In this document: positions 8,598 to 16,111 of the stretch, piece after piece
Layout of the letters: each line of letters opens with the position of its first letter
Position numbering within the stretch: the first letter of the stretch is position 1
Made by a program: the position numbers and the translations under genes
Notes under the pieces: generated by a model
Databases searched by the model: none
Seen by the model: only the letters and a program-made list of their open reading frames with translations
What the model was told of the DNA's origin: nothing
DNA from: an uncultured Chloroflexia bacterium
GTDB lineage: Bacteria; Chloroflexota; Anaerolineae; Anaerolineales; UBA4823
Length of the DNA stretch: 64,000 bases
Assembly (NCBI GenBank): GCA_963695415.1
Contig: CAVOGL010000024.1
Coordinates: 124,802 to 188,801, forward strand
Reading direction: 5' to 3'

Positions 8598-10380
8598 AGC
8601 GCACCTTGGACCATACCACGAACAGGTATTGGCAGGATTGGATCAGTTGCGCCAGTCGCGCATCCTGCCGCGTATCTGGGCGCAGGACCATACCGTCTGG
8701 AGTAAGTCTCCGGTTGAGATCACTAACCGCCTGGGTTGGCTGCACAGCCCGGACAACATGCCAGCCGCGCTCCCCAGGATCAACATGTTTGTTCAGGAAA
8801 TCCGCTCTGCAGGTTTTACCCACGCCCTGCTGCTGGGCATGGGCGGCTCCAGCCTGGCGCCTGAAATGTTCCGTAATTCCTTCGGCGTCAGGGCAGGTTT
8901 CCTCGACCTGGCGGTTTTGGACAGCACCGACCCGGGCGCTGTACAGGCGCAGGCAGCCAGACTCGACCTGCAGCGCACGCTCTTCATTGTCTCGACCAAA
9001 TCCGGAGGGACGGTAGAAACCATCTCGTTTTTTAAGTTTTTCTACAACCAGGTCCAGGCTCTTGTGGGGGGCGATCGGGTTGGGGAGCACTTCATCGCCA
9101 TCACCGACCCGGGCAGCGGGCTGGCGAAAGTGGCTGAAAAGTACCGCTTCCGGCAGGTGTTTGAAAATGACCCCAACATCGGCGGGCGCTATTCCGCCCT
9201 GTCCTATTTCGGGCTGCTGCCAGCCGCCCTGGTTGGCGTGGACCTGCAGCTGCTGCTGGATCGCGCCCAGGCAGCTGCCACCCGCAGCCGTCAGGGTTTG
9301 CAGGATCCAGGCGAATACCTGGGCGCAGTTCTCGGGCAGCTGGCTCTGGCGGGTCGCGACAAGTTGACCCTGGTGATGTCAGACGCCATTGCTGGCTTTG
9401 CCGATTGGGTCGAGCAGCTGGTAGCAGAGAGCACCGGCAAGGATGGGAAGGGCATCGTGCCTGTTGTCGGTGAGGCATTGGCTGCGCCGCAGGACTATGC
9501 AGATGATCGTTTATTCGTGCATCTTCATTTGAAATCGGATTTAACTCAGACCGGTCTTGAGCATCAAGCTCAAGCTGAGCCTCAAGCTCAAGCTGAGCCC
9601 AAAGCTCAAGCTGAGCCCAAAGCTCAAGCTGAGCCTCAGGCTCAAGCTGAGCCCGATGCCTTGCATGCGTTGCAGCAGGCAGGTCATCCCGTTATCCACA
9701 TGCAGCTGGAGGATGTCTACGACCTCGGCGCCCAGATATTCATCTGGGAAATCGCCACCGCAGTTGCCGGTCACTGCCTGGGCATCCAGCCCTTCGACCA
9801 GCCAGATGTTGAGTCTGCCAAGGTCCTCGCCCGGCAGATGGTCTCTCAATACCAGCAGGATGGTGCCCTCCCCAAACAAGAACCGGATTTTCAGCAGGGA
9901 GGAATCAGTATTTTCGCCGGTCCTTCAATGAGCTTTTCCTCAGACGCGCCGGGCGAGATCCTGCGCCAATTCCTGGCTTCGGCGCGCCCGGGCGATTACG
10001 TCTCCCTCCAGGCTTACCTCCAGCCTCTGCCGGAAATCGATGCCATGTTGAATCGCCTGCGCGCGCATATCCGCTTGAAGACGCGGCTGGCGACCACCCT
10101 TGGCTACGGTCCCCGCTTCCTGCATTCCACCGGGCAGCTGCACAAAGGCGATGCAGGCAATGGCTTGTTTATCCAGTTCACACACGTGCCCTCGCACGAC
10201 TTGCCCATCCCGGATGAGGCTGGTTCAAGCGGTACAGCCATCAGCTTTGGCGTGCTCGAGCTTGCCCAGGCAATGGGCGACCGCCAGGCATTGCTGGACA
10301 AGCGCCGCCGCATCATCCGCTTCCATTTCGAGGGGAATGCGCTCAAGGCGCTTGAAGAGCTGATCAGCCAGTTGCAGTGA
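8584..10380 (+). CDS. pgi: glucose-6-phosphate isomerase with internal QAQAEP repeat insert
   Basis: 598-aa ORF; PGI/SIS motifs LLLGMGGSSLAPE, FIVSTKSGGTVET, GGRYSALSYFGL; overlaps tal by 14 nt. Confidence 0.9.
   Translation: MNQLKAHLGPYHEQVLAGLDQLRQSRILPRIWAQDHTVWSKSPVEITNRLGWLHSPDNMPAALPRINMFVQEIRSAGFTHALLLGMGGSSLAPEMFRNSFGVRAGFLDLAVLDSTDPGAVQAQAARLDLQRTLFIVSTKSGGTVETISFFKFFYNQVQALVGGDRVGEHFIAITDPGSGLAKVAEKYRFRQVFENDPNIGGRYSALSYFGLLPAALVGVDLQLLLDRAQAAATRSRQGLQDPGEYLGAVLGQLALAGRDKLTLVMSDAIAGFADWVEQLVAESTGKDGKGIVPVVGEALAAPQDYADDRLFVHLHLKSDLTQTGLEHQAQAEPQAQAEPKAQAEPKAQAEPQAQAEPDALHALQQAGHPVIHMQLEDVYDLGAQIFIWEIATAVAGHCLGIQPFDQPDVESAKVLARQMVSQYQQDGALPKQEPDFQQGGISIFAGPSMSFSSDAPGEILRQFLASARPGDYVSLQAYLQPLPEIDAMLNRLRAHIRLKTRLATTLGYGPRFLHSTGQLHKGDAGNGLFIQFTHVPSHDLPIPDEAGSSGTAISFGVLELAQAMGDRQALLDKRRRIIRFHFEGNALKALEELISQLQ
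9565..9654 (+). repeat. 5 x 18-nt in-frame tandem repeat (QAQAEP/KAQAEP) inside pgi
   Basis: units caagctcaagctgagcct / aaagctcaagctgagccc read directly; encodes QAQAEPQAQAEPKAQAEPKAQAEPQAQAEP. Confidence 0.95.
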
Positions 10381-10445
10381 TCCTGGAAAGGGAAAGTTGT
10401 GTTTGTGTATAGTAGTAGAGATAAATTGCTGGCAGGTTGGCTTCG

Positions 10446-10757
10446 ACCGGAAGGATGTGCGAATGAAGAAAATATCCAGGCGTGAATTTATCAGGCTCGC
10501 GGCCGCTGGATTCGGCGCCCTTGCGCTTGAGCCGCTGCTCTCCGCCTGCGAGCGGGTGCCTCCAACCGGGCTGCCTGCTGCCCAGTCGCCCACCGCAGCG
10601 GCAACGTCCAGCCCCACTCCCCAACCCTCATCCACCTCAACCCCCGAGCCTACCCTCGAACCGACAGCCACCCCCACGTTCACCCCGCAGCCAACCGAGA
10701 CGCCGACACCGACCGCAACGATGCCGCCACCGCCGGAGCCGGTGGGGCTTATGGACG
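10446..10757 (+). repeat. 312-nt cassette copy A (5'UTR end + Tat signal + lipobox + Thr/Pro linker)
   Basis: manual alignment to 13287-13598 shows 5 mismatches (1 in UTR, 4 synonymous). Confidence 0.9.
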
Positions 10758-11527
10758 AAAACGCCGCCCGCACTGACTATGACGGGGAGACCTGGACGGT
10801 GTACAACCAGAACGGTCAGGTAACTGCCAGGTGGAACCCGGAAACCGAAGACTGGGACTACAATCCCGAAAACATGACCCGGAAAATTGCGGTTTTTGGC
10901 AGGGCTGAAATGTTTGGCATACCGACTATCCCCGCTGAGATGACCCAATTCATGCCAGTTGACCCCGAGGACAAGCAGGACTTGATGTTTAGGGTGCAGG
11001 ACGAAAACGGCAACCTGATCCCGGCACCCTTTGGGTTTGTCAGGACATCAGGCAAAGACACCGCAAATACTGTAGCTGAAATTTTTCTGCTCAGGTACAG
11101 GGGGCTGGTACAGGGGAAGGATATGGGGCCATACAAGAATTGGTTTGCGGTCCTGGAATGCCCGATTTCGCCTGACCGGTCTGTATTTGTGCTCCACTGG
11201 CTGACAGATCAGGAAAACAGTGAAGGTTCAGCGGTAACAGTAGATAGAGACCTGACACCCTTATTTGCAGGAGAGCCACTTAATAATACAATTATAAATA
11301 GCAAAGTAAGTAGAATTTCGCAGGCGGAAGTGCTGGAAATTTTCCGGAATTTTGAAGTCGGCCGGCAGCTGCTGCAGTTTTATCATAATGTCAAAGACGG
11401 TCCTCAATCTGAGCCGGTGAGAAGCCTGAAGGAGGCCATACTAAGCGGGACAGTTCCCCTAAACACAACCATAGATCATGATAATGGTACTATATTTGGT
11501 GATGATCTTCATTTTTTCAAAAAATAA
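10463..11527 (+). CDS. Tat-signal lipoprotein, C-terminal domain of unknown function
   Basis: MKKISRREFIRLAAAGFGALALEPLLSAC (twin-Arg + lipobox), ~60-aa Thr/Pro linker, ~250-aa unrecognised domain; 3' third visibly AT-richer; ATG at 10463 preferred over ORF-track start 10397. Confidence 0.7.
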   Translation: MKKISRREFIRLAAAGFGALALEPLLSACERVPPTGLPAAQSPTAAATSSPTPQPSSTSTPEPTLEPTATPTFTPQPTETPTPTATMPPPPEPVGLMDENAARTDYDGETWTVYNQNGQVTARWNPETEDWDYNPENMTRKIAVFGRAEMFGIPTIPAEMTQFMPVDPEDKQDLMFRVQDENGNLIPAPFGFVRTSGKDTANTVAEIFLLRYRGLVQGKDMGPYKNWFAVLECPISPDRSVFVLHWLTDQENSEGSAVTVDRDLTPLFAGEPLNNTIINSKVSRISQAEVLEIFRNFEVGRQLLQFYHNVKDGPQSEPVRSLKEAILSGTVPLNTTIDHDNGTIFGDDLHFFKK

Positions 11528-11618
11528 ACAATAATTGTCTTGCTGGGGAGCAGGTTTCTAAAAACAACATAGGAGTTCAATATTGTATCCGGGCGGGTAT
11601 CTGCTAAACTAGGAATAT

Positions 11619-12206
11619 ATGGGTGAACTCAGGCTTCCAAGGGCGGTATATTCAGCGGCTTGCTTTCTGCTAGCGATAGCCATCGTTCCCAAAATTTCTC
11701 AAACATATGCTGACATATGTTCTCCGACCAGGGTGGTCTACCAGCGCGCGTGTCAGAACTGATGCAAAAACTATATGTGTAAGGTGGAAAGATTGTGGAT
11801 ATAACGAGGACTGCCGCGACAGTGGTGTCAGAACAACCTAAGCCGGCAGTGCGACACAAACGAAGACTGTAATTCTGGGGGGCCATATCCGACTTATGAC
11901 GGCCCCTGCGGCCCGGTCTGCCTGGAGGTGACCGACGACAGCGGCGGAGAGTATTGCGTCGATACCGGGAATATTGATGTACAGTGTACCGGCGAGTTTG
12001 ATACTCCGAGCTGTGTTTACGCCGGACCTCTCAACGAGTGCGACAGATGATCCAAATGACGGTTCATGCCTGAATACTACTATAAATGTCAATTACGGCT
12101 GCTGGATACTGGAGCCATCAGTTGCTCCCAGCACTTCTCCCGGAGCTACAAACACCCCCAGACCCACTTCGCCACCCGTAGCTACTCCGACACAGGCAGC
12201 CAACGG
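11619..12206 (+). pseudogene. fragmented Cys-rich secreted protein gene (at least 3 frame changes)
   Basis: ATG 11619 after aggaa gives MGELRLPRAVYSAACFLLAIAIVP... (47 aa). Other frames continue ...CVRWKDCGYNEDCRDSG, then QCDTNEDCNSGGPYPTYDGPCGPVCLEV...ECDR, then DDPNDGSCLNTTINVNYGCW + Thr/Pro linker. NEDC motif recurs. Confidence 0.35.
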
Positions 12207-12209
12207 CTG

Positions 12210-12295
12210 TCCGACGGGCAGTATCTCCACCCCCTCCACGCTTTGCAGCCGCCTGACGTACTCCTCGATGGGCACGGAGATCACCGGCTGGTTGT
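12210..12295 (-). pseudogene. PIN-domain (VapC-like) gene remnant
   Basis: encodes VISVPIEEYVRRLQSVEGVEILPV, matching internal residues IIPLPIEEYVRRLQSVDGLEILPV of the intact vapC at 14201-14581; about 70 nt of nucleotide homology; no N- or C-terminal parts. Confidence 0.6.
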
Positions 12296-12315
12296 GTTAA
12301 AATACGCTTAAAGGC

Positions 12316-12636
12316 TTGGTCATGAAAATTGATATTGATATTGCATCAGAAACTATGACATCCTTCTGCCAGAAATGGATGATCACCGAATTATGTCTGT
12401 TTGGCTCCGTCTTGCGCGACGATTTTGGACCAGGTAGCGATATTGACGTTCTGGTTACTTTTTCTACTGAAGCTCGCTGGAGCTTGTTCGATCTGGTTCA
12501 AATTGAAAATGAGCTCAGCCAGCTGCTTAAACGGAAAGTCGATCTGGTTGAGCGAGAAGCGGTCGCACGCAGCCCGAACTATATTCGCCGGAAAAATATT
12601 TTGGAGAGCGCCAAAGTGATTTATGCAGCGCGATGA
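12316..12636 (+). CDS. mntA: MNT-type nucleotidyltransferase antitoxin (type VII TA)
   Basis: GSVLRDDFGPGSDIDVLV nucleotidyltransferase motif; overlaps downstream HEPN gene by 14 nt; ATG at 12322 is an alternative start. Confidence 0.8.
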   Translation: MVMKIDIDIASETMTSFCQKWMITELCLFGSVLRDDFGPGSDIDVLVTFSTEARWSLFDLVQIENELSQLLKRKVDLVEREAVARSPNYIRRKNILESAKVIYAAR

Positions 12637-12970
12637 TAACGCTTACCTGCTGGATATCCTCATTGCTGCCAGGAAAGCAATGGGTTATCTGGAGGCAGTT
12701 ACCTGGGAGGATTTCGAATTGAGTGAACTCCATCAGGATGCAGTCATGCGTACACTGGAAATTATCGGTGAGGCAGCTAACCGTGTTTCCGAAACCAAGA
12801 GAGAATCACTTCCGGAAATCCCCTGGATGCAAATCATAGGGATGCGAAACCGGTTGGTTCACGAATATTTCCGCATCAACCTGGAAGCTGTCTGGGACAC
12901 TGTGAAGCAGGATTTACAGGAATTGGTGAATACACTTGAACCTCTGGTACCGAAGGAAAATGAACTTTAG
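12623..12970 (+). CDS. hepT: HEPN/DUF86 toxin (HepT)
   Basis: 115-aa ORF with Rx4-6H motif (RNRLVHEY) and typical DUF86 N-terminus (YLLDILIAARKA). Confidence 0.85.
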   Translation: MQRDDNAYLLDILIAARKAMGYLEAVTWEDFELSELHQDAVMRTLEIIGEAANRVSETKRESLPEIPWMQIIGMRNRLVHEYFRINLEAVWDTVKQDLQELVNTLEPLVPKENEL

Positions 12971-12990
12971 TCCAAAGACCATCATTAAAA

Positions 12991-13018
12991 ATCTGTGGAA
13001 ATCTGTGCCATCTGTGGT
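12991..13018 (+). repeat. three direct ATCTGTG(G) repeats followed by GTTAAAAAT
   Basis: atctgtggaa atctgtgcc atctgtgg ttaaaaat read directly, 20 nt after hepT stop. Confidence 0.6.
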
Positions 13019-13060
13019 TAAAAATATCCACTCTAAAACATATCGGTATCTAACAGCCCG

Positions 13061-13325
13061 ACATTCGCCTCATTCGCCCATTCGTTTCATTCGTATTAAA
13101 AACCTCCCCGGGCTTCTCGAATACATACAGCTCCGCAATCTCCATCTCCGCCGGGAGACAGTATCAATCTGCTTCACAGTCGTTATTCCCCAAAGGATTG
13201 TGACGATTTACGGACGAATGACACCTGACAGCGAGGCAGAGGTTTTGTATATTAAAAGCGAGGCAAGGATAGACTGGTTGATCCTAACCGGAAGGATGTG
13301 CGGATGAAGAAAATATCCAGGCGTG
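13061..13325 (+). repeat. 265-nt repeat copy 1 (CATTCG array + promoter-like region + leader + first codons of Tat signal)
   Basis: about 96% identical by eye over the first ~235 nt to 14901-15135; one 1-nt indel. Confidence 0.85.
13225..13253 (+). promoter_or_regulatory. candidate sigma-70-type promoter of lipoprotein gene B
   Basis: cTGACA (13225-13230) - 17 nt - TATATT (13248-13253), about 50 nt upstream of ATG 13304; identical pair in the 15064-15092 copy. Confidence 0.45.
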
Positions 13326-13598
13326 AATTTATCAGGCTCGCGGCAGCTGGATTCGGCGCCCTTGCGCTTGAGCCGCTGCTCTCCGCCTGCGAGCGGGTGC
13401 CTCCAACCGGGCTGCCTGCTGCCCAGTCGCCCACCGCAGCGGCAACGTCCAGCCCCACTCCCCAACCCTCATCCACCTCAACCCCCGAGCCTACCCTCGA
13501 ACCGACAGCCACCCCCACGTTCACCCCGCAGCCCACCGAGACGCCGACACCGACCGCAACGATGCCGCCTCCACCGGAGCCGGTGGGGCTTATGGACG
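13287..13598 (+). repeat. 312-nt cassette copy B
   Basis: see 10446-10757; identity ends abruptly after ...cttatggacg. Confidence 0.9.
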
Positions 13599-14222
13599 CG
13601 ATATTTTTCTATGGGTGACACACAGGACCGTCCGCAGATATTAAGCGTTACTCCCAATATTATAGATATAAACGGTTTGGATGAGGCAAGCGGTTACAAA
13701 GATGTACGGATCGTGGCCACGTATTCAGATTCAGACGGTGCCAGCGCAATTGAGCGCGGATATGTAGGCATGTCGCAGTGCAGTATCAATCCGGGAGCGG
13801 CTTATGGTAGCAATTTCGAGCATAATTTCGCCAATTATTTCGGCGCTTACTATAATATCACCGGCGCGTGGGGAGGGGTGGCTACAAATAACGCCGCAGC
13901 TTTATGTGACGGAAACACTGATGGGTCAGGCTCCCCATGGACCAGCTTCTGGGCTGAGGCAGGTCATGAATTGCCCATGTCAAACCCCAACAGCATGATA
14001 ACCGTGATGAGCCACACCAGAGTGCCAAACGTAGTTAATAAAACCATTGACTTCATCTGGAATTTGAGAATTGACACCAATATCAGCGCCGGGACTTATT
14101 ACTATCACGGCATGGTTTCAGAGACGGCTGCAGCCGGAGGCAGCTATCAGAACCATGGCAAAGCCAGTTGGAGCGAACCATATTGGACTGGCGCGAACCC
14201 CTACCAGACCGTTTTTGCATAA
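13304..14222 (+). pseudogene. Tat-signal lipoprotein paralog; signal/linker out of frame (+1) with an unrelated C-terminal domain
   Basis: 13304-13618 encodes the same 98-aa signal/linker as gene 10463 then stops (..GLMDAIFFYG*). The 13323-14222 frame continues MGDTQDRPQILSVTPNIIDING... (204 aa from ATG 13611); no family recognised. Confidence 0.5.
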
Positions 14223-14581
14223 AACTCAGCCATCCTCCCATCAGACGTCAGCAAAGGACACTCGAAACGCGCCGCCAGTGCCACGATCGTGCGGTCTGCC
14301 GGGTCGCGGTGCTCCCATTCGAGGTTCAGGTTGTCCAGCCAATCCTGCACATCGACGGGCAGTATCTCCAACCCGTCTACGCTTTGCAGCCGCCTGACGT
14401 ACTCCTCGATGGGCAGTGGGATTATCAGCTTCTTGCGCTTGACCTTCAGCCCAATTTCCCAAACTGAAATCGAGCTGACCAGGATGCGGTCTGCCTGGGA
14501 GATAGCCTGTTTTGCGGGTCCGGATAACGCCTCTGGGTCCAGGGTCCAGTAAAGCAGAGCCGATGTGTCCAGGACGATCAC
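14201..14581 (-). CDS. vapC: PIN-domain toxin VapC
   Basis: 126-aa ORF; MIVLDTSALLYW (first acidic residue), SSISVWEI, DPADRTIVA, TSD motifs typical of PIN; GTG start abuts antitoxin stop. Confidence 0.85.
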   Translation of the reverse strand: MIVLDTSALLYWTLDPEALSGPAKQAISQADRILVSSISVWEIGLKVKRKKLIIPLPIEEYVRRLQSVDGLEILPVDVQDWLDNLNLEWEHRDPADRTIVALAARFECPLLTSDGRMAEFYAKTVW

Positions 14582-14815
14582 TCAGGCCTCTTCCCATTCA
14601 GCCAGGGTGGGCTCATTGATATTTTCCAGGTAGGTGACTTTGCCCTGCACCTTGCCAAACAATTCCTGAACGGAACTCTTCGGCTTGATCGGCGATATTT
14701 TCAGCACCGGTGTTCCGTGATCCGTGACGATCAACTCACCTCCGCTTGCTTCCAGCTCCCGGAATACTTCCAGCATCTTTGCTTTCAATTTGCTTTTCGA
14801 TATTGTATTTTCCAT
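14582..14815 (-). CDS. Phd/YefM-family antitoxin
   Basis: 77-aa ORF directly upstream of vapC; KAKMLEVFRELEASGGELIVTDHGTPVLKISP matches Phd/YefM fold pattern. Confidence 0.8.
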   Translation of the reverse strand: MENTISKSKLKAKMLEVFRELEASGGELIVTDHGTPVLKISPIKPKSSVQELFGKVQGKVTYLENINEPTLAEWEEA

Positions 14816-14838
14816 CCATGTACTCCAATATAATGACC

Positions 14839-14886
14839 ATAGTCATTACTATAGTCATTATAAATCAGGAACTATTTACCTGTCAA
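14839..14886 (-). promoter_or_regulatory. promoter and operator of the phd-vapC operon
   Basis: minus strand TTGACA (14886-14881) - 18 nt - TATAAT (14862-14857). Downstream lie palindrome TAATGACcataGTCATTA (14831-14848) and direct repeat ATAGTCATTA at 14839 and 14851. Confidence 0.6.
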
Positions 14887-14900
14887 TATCACCTCTCACA

Positions 14901-15165
14901 ACATTCGCCTCATTCGCCCATTCGTTTCATTCGTATTAAAACCTCCCCGGGCTTCTCGCATACATACAGCTCCGCAATCTCCATCTCCGCCGGGAGACAG
15001 TATCAAACTGCTTCACAGTCGTGATTGTCCAAAGGATTGTGACGATTTACGGACGAATGACACCTGACAGCGAGGCAGAGGTTTTGTATATTAAAAGCGT
15101 GGCAAGGATAAACTGGTTGATCCTAATCGGAAGGGAGTAACATGAAGAAAATATCCAGGCGAGAT
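14901..15165 (+). repeat. 265-nt repeat copy 2 upstream of and into the DUF362 gene
   Basis: see 13061-13325. Confidence 0.85.
15064..15092 (+). promoter_or_regulatory. candidate promoter of the DUF362/polyferredoxin operon
   Basis: cTGACA (15064-15069) - 17 nt - TATATT (15087-15092); same sequence as 13225-13253. Confidence 0.45.
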
Positions 15166-16111
15166 TTTGTGAAGATTGCCGCTGCTGGTCTGGGCGCTAT
15201 AGCGCTCGAGCCCCTGCTCTCCGCCTGCAAGCCCCAGGAAGTGGCTGTTCCTGTCACCGCTCCAACGGTGCAGCCAACAACCCCCGAGCCAGCGAAGACC
15301 GCAAACGGTCCCGATCTGGTCGTGGCGCGCAACCTTGAGCCGGAAGAGCTGGTGCGCAGGGCCCTGGCTGCCCTGGGAGGGATGCAGCGCTTCGTGCCCA
15401 AAGGCGCCAGCGTGATCGTCAAGCCCAATATCTGCGTGGCGTACCACACCTACGAATACGCCGCCACCACCAACCCCTGGGTGGTCGCAGCCCTGGTGCG
15501 GTTAGCCCTCGAAGCTGGGGCGCGGCAGCGTGCAGGTGATGGATTACCCCTTTGGCGGCTCCGCCGAGGAAGCCTACGTGAAGAGCGGCATCCAGGAGCA
15601 GGTGCAGGCTGCCGGCGGTGAGATGGTGTCCATGCCTCGCTTCAAATACGCCGAGGTGAACCTTCCTGATGCGGTTGACCTCAAGAGCACCCAGGCATTT
15701 CAGGATGCCCTCGACGCCGATGTGCTCATCGACGTGCCCATCGCCAAACACCACGGCTCTGCCCGCCTGACCCTGGGGATGAAAAACCTGATGGGGCTGG
15801 TCCTCGACCGCGGCGCCATCCACCAGGACCTGGGGCAGCGCATTGCCGACCTCGCCAGCCTGTTCCGCCCGGCATTGACGGTCGTGGACGCCGTGCGCAT
15901 CCTCAAGGCGCACGGTCCCTCCGGCGGGGACTTGAATGATGTCCAGCAGCTGGATACGCTCATCGCCAGCGCCGACATCGTCGCCGCCGACAGCTACGCC
16001 GCCACCCTGTTCGGCATGCAGCCCGGCGATATCGCCTACGTTGCCGCAGCCTCCCGCATGGGTCTCGGGCGCAGCGACCTGGAGAACCTCAAGATTGAAG
16101 AGATCTCGTAA
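15142..16111 (+). pseudogene. Tat-signal DUF362-domain protein, one apparent frameshift near 15520
   Basis: 15142-15621 gives MKKISRRDFVKIAAAG...LLSAC...VIVKPNICVAY...LALEAGAR. The 15530-16111 frame continues VQVMDYPFGG...IAKHHGSARLTLGMKNLMG (DUF362 hallmarks). Join at gcgcggcag-c-gtgcaggtg. Confidence 0.75.

Noticed and set aside
12936-13307. 123-aa ORF (and 14746-15024, 92 aa) running through the 265-nt repeat
   Set aside because: The two repeat copies differ by a 1-nt indel that destroys frame conservation. The translations are low-complexity read-throughs of the CATTCG array, and the region carries a good promoter-like pair, so it is more likely non-coding.
10446-13598. Diversity-generating retroelement (template/variable repeat) explanation for the 312-nt duplicate
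   Set aside because: The five mismatches are not adenine-specific (a/g, c/a, a/c, a/t, g/a) and are synonymous or non-coding. No reverse transcriptase gene is present.
13598-13612. Programmed +1 ribosomal frameshifting or phase variation at the lipoprotein B junction (and at other frame breaks)
   Set aside because: No slippery heptamer, stimulatory structure or long homopolymer/SSR is present (only T5). The many other frame breaks in the window occur in unrelated contexts, so indel lesions or errors are the simpler explanation.
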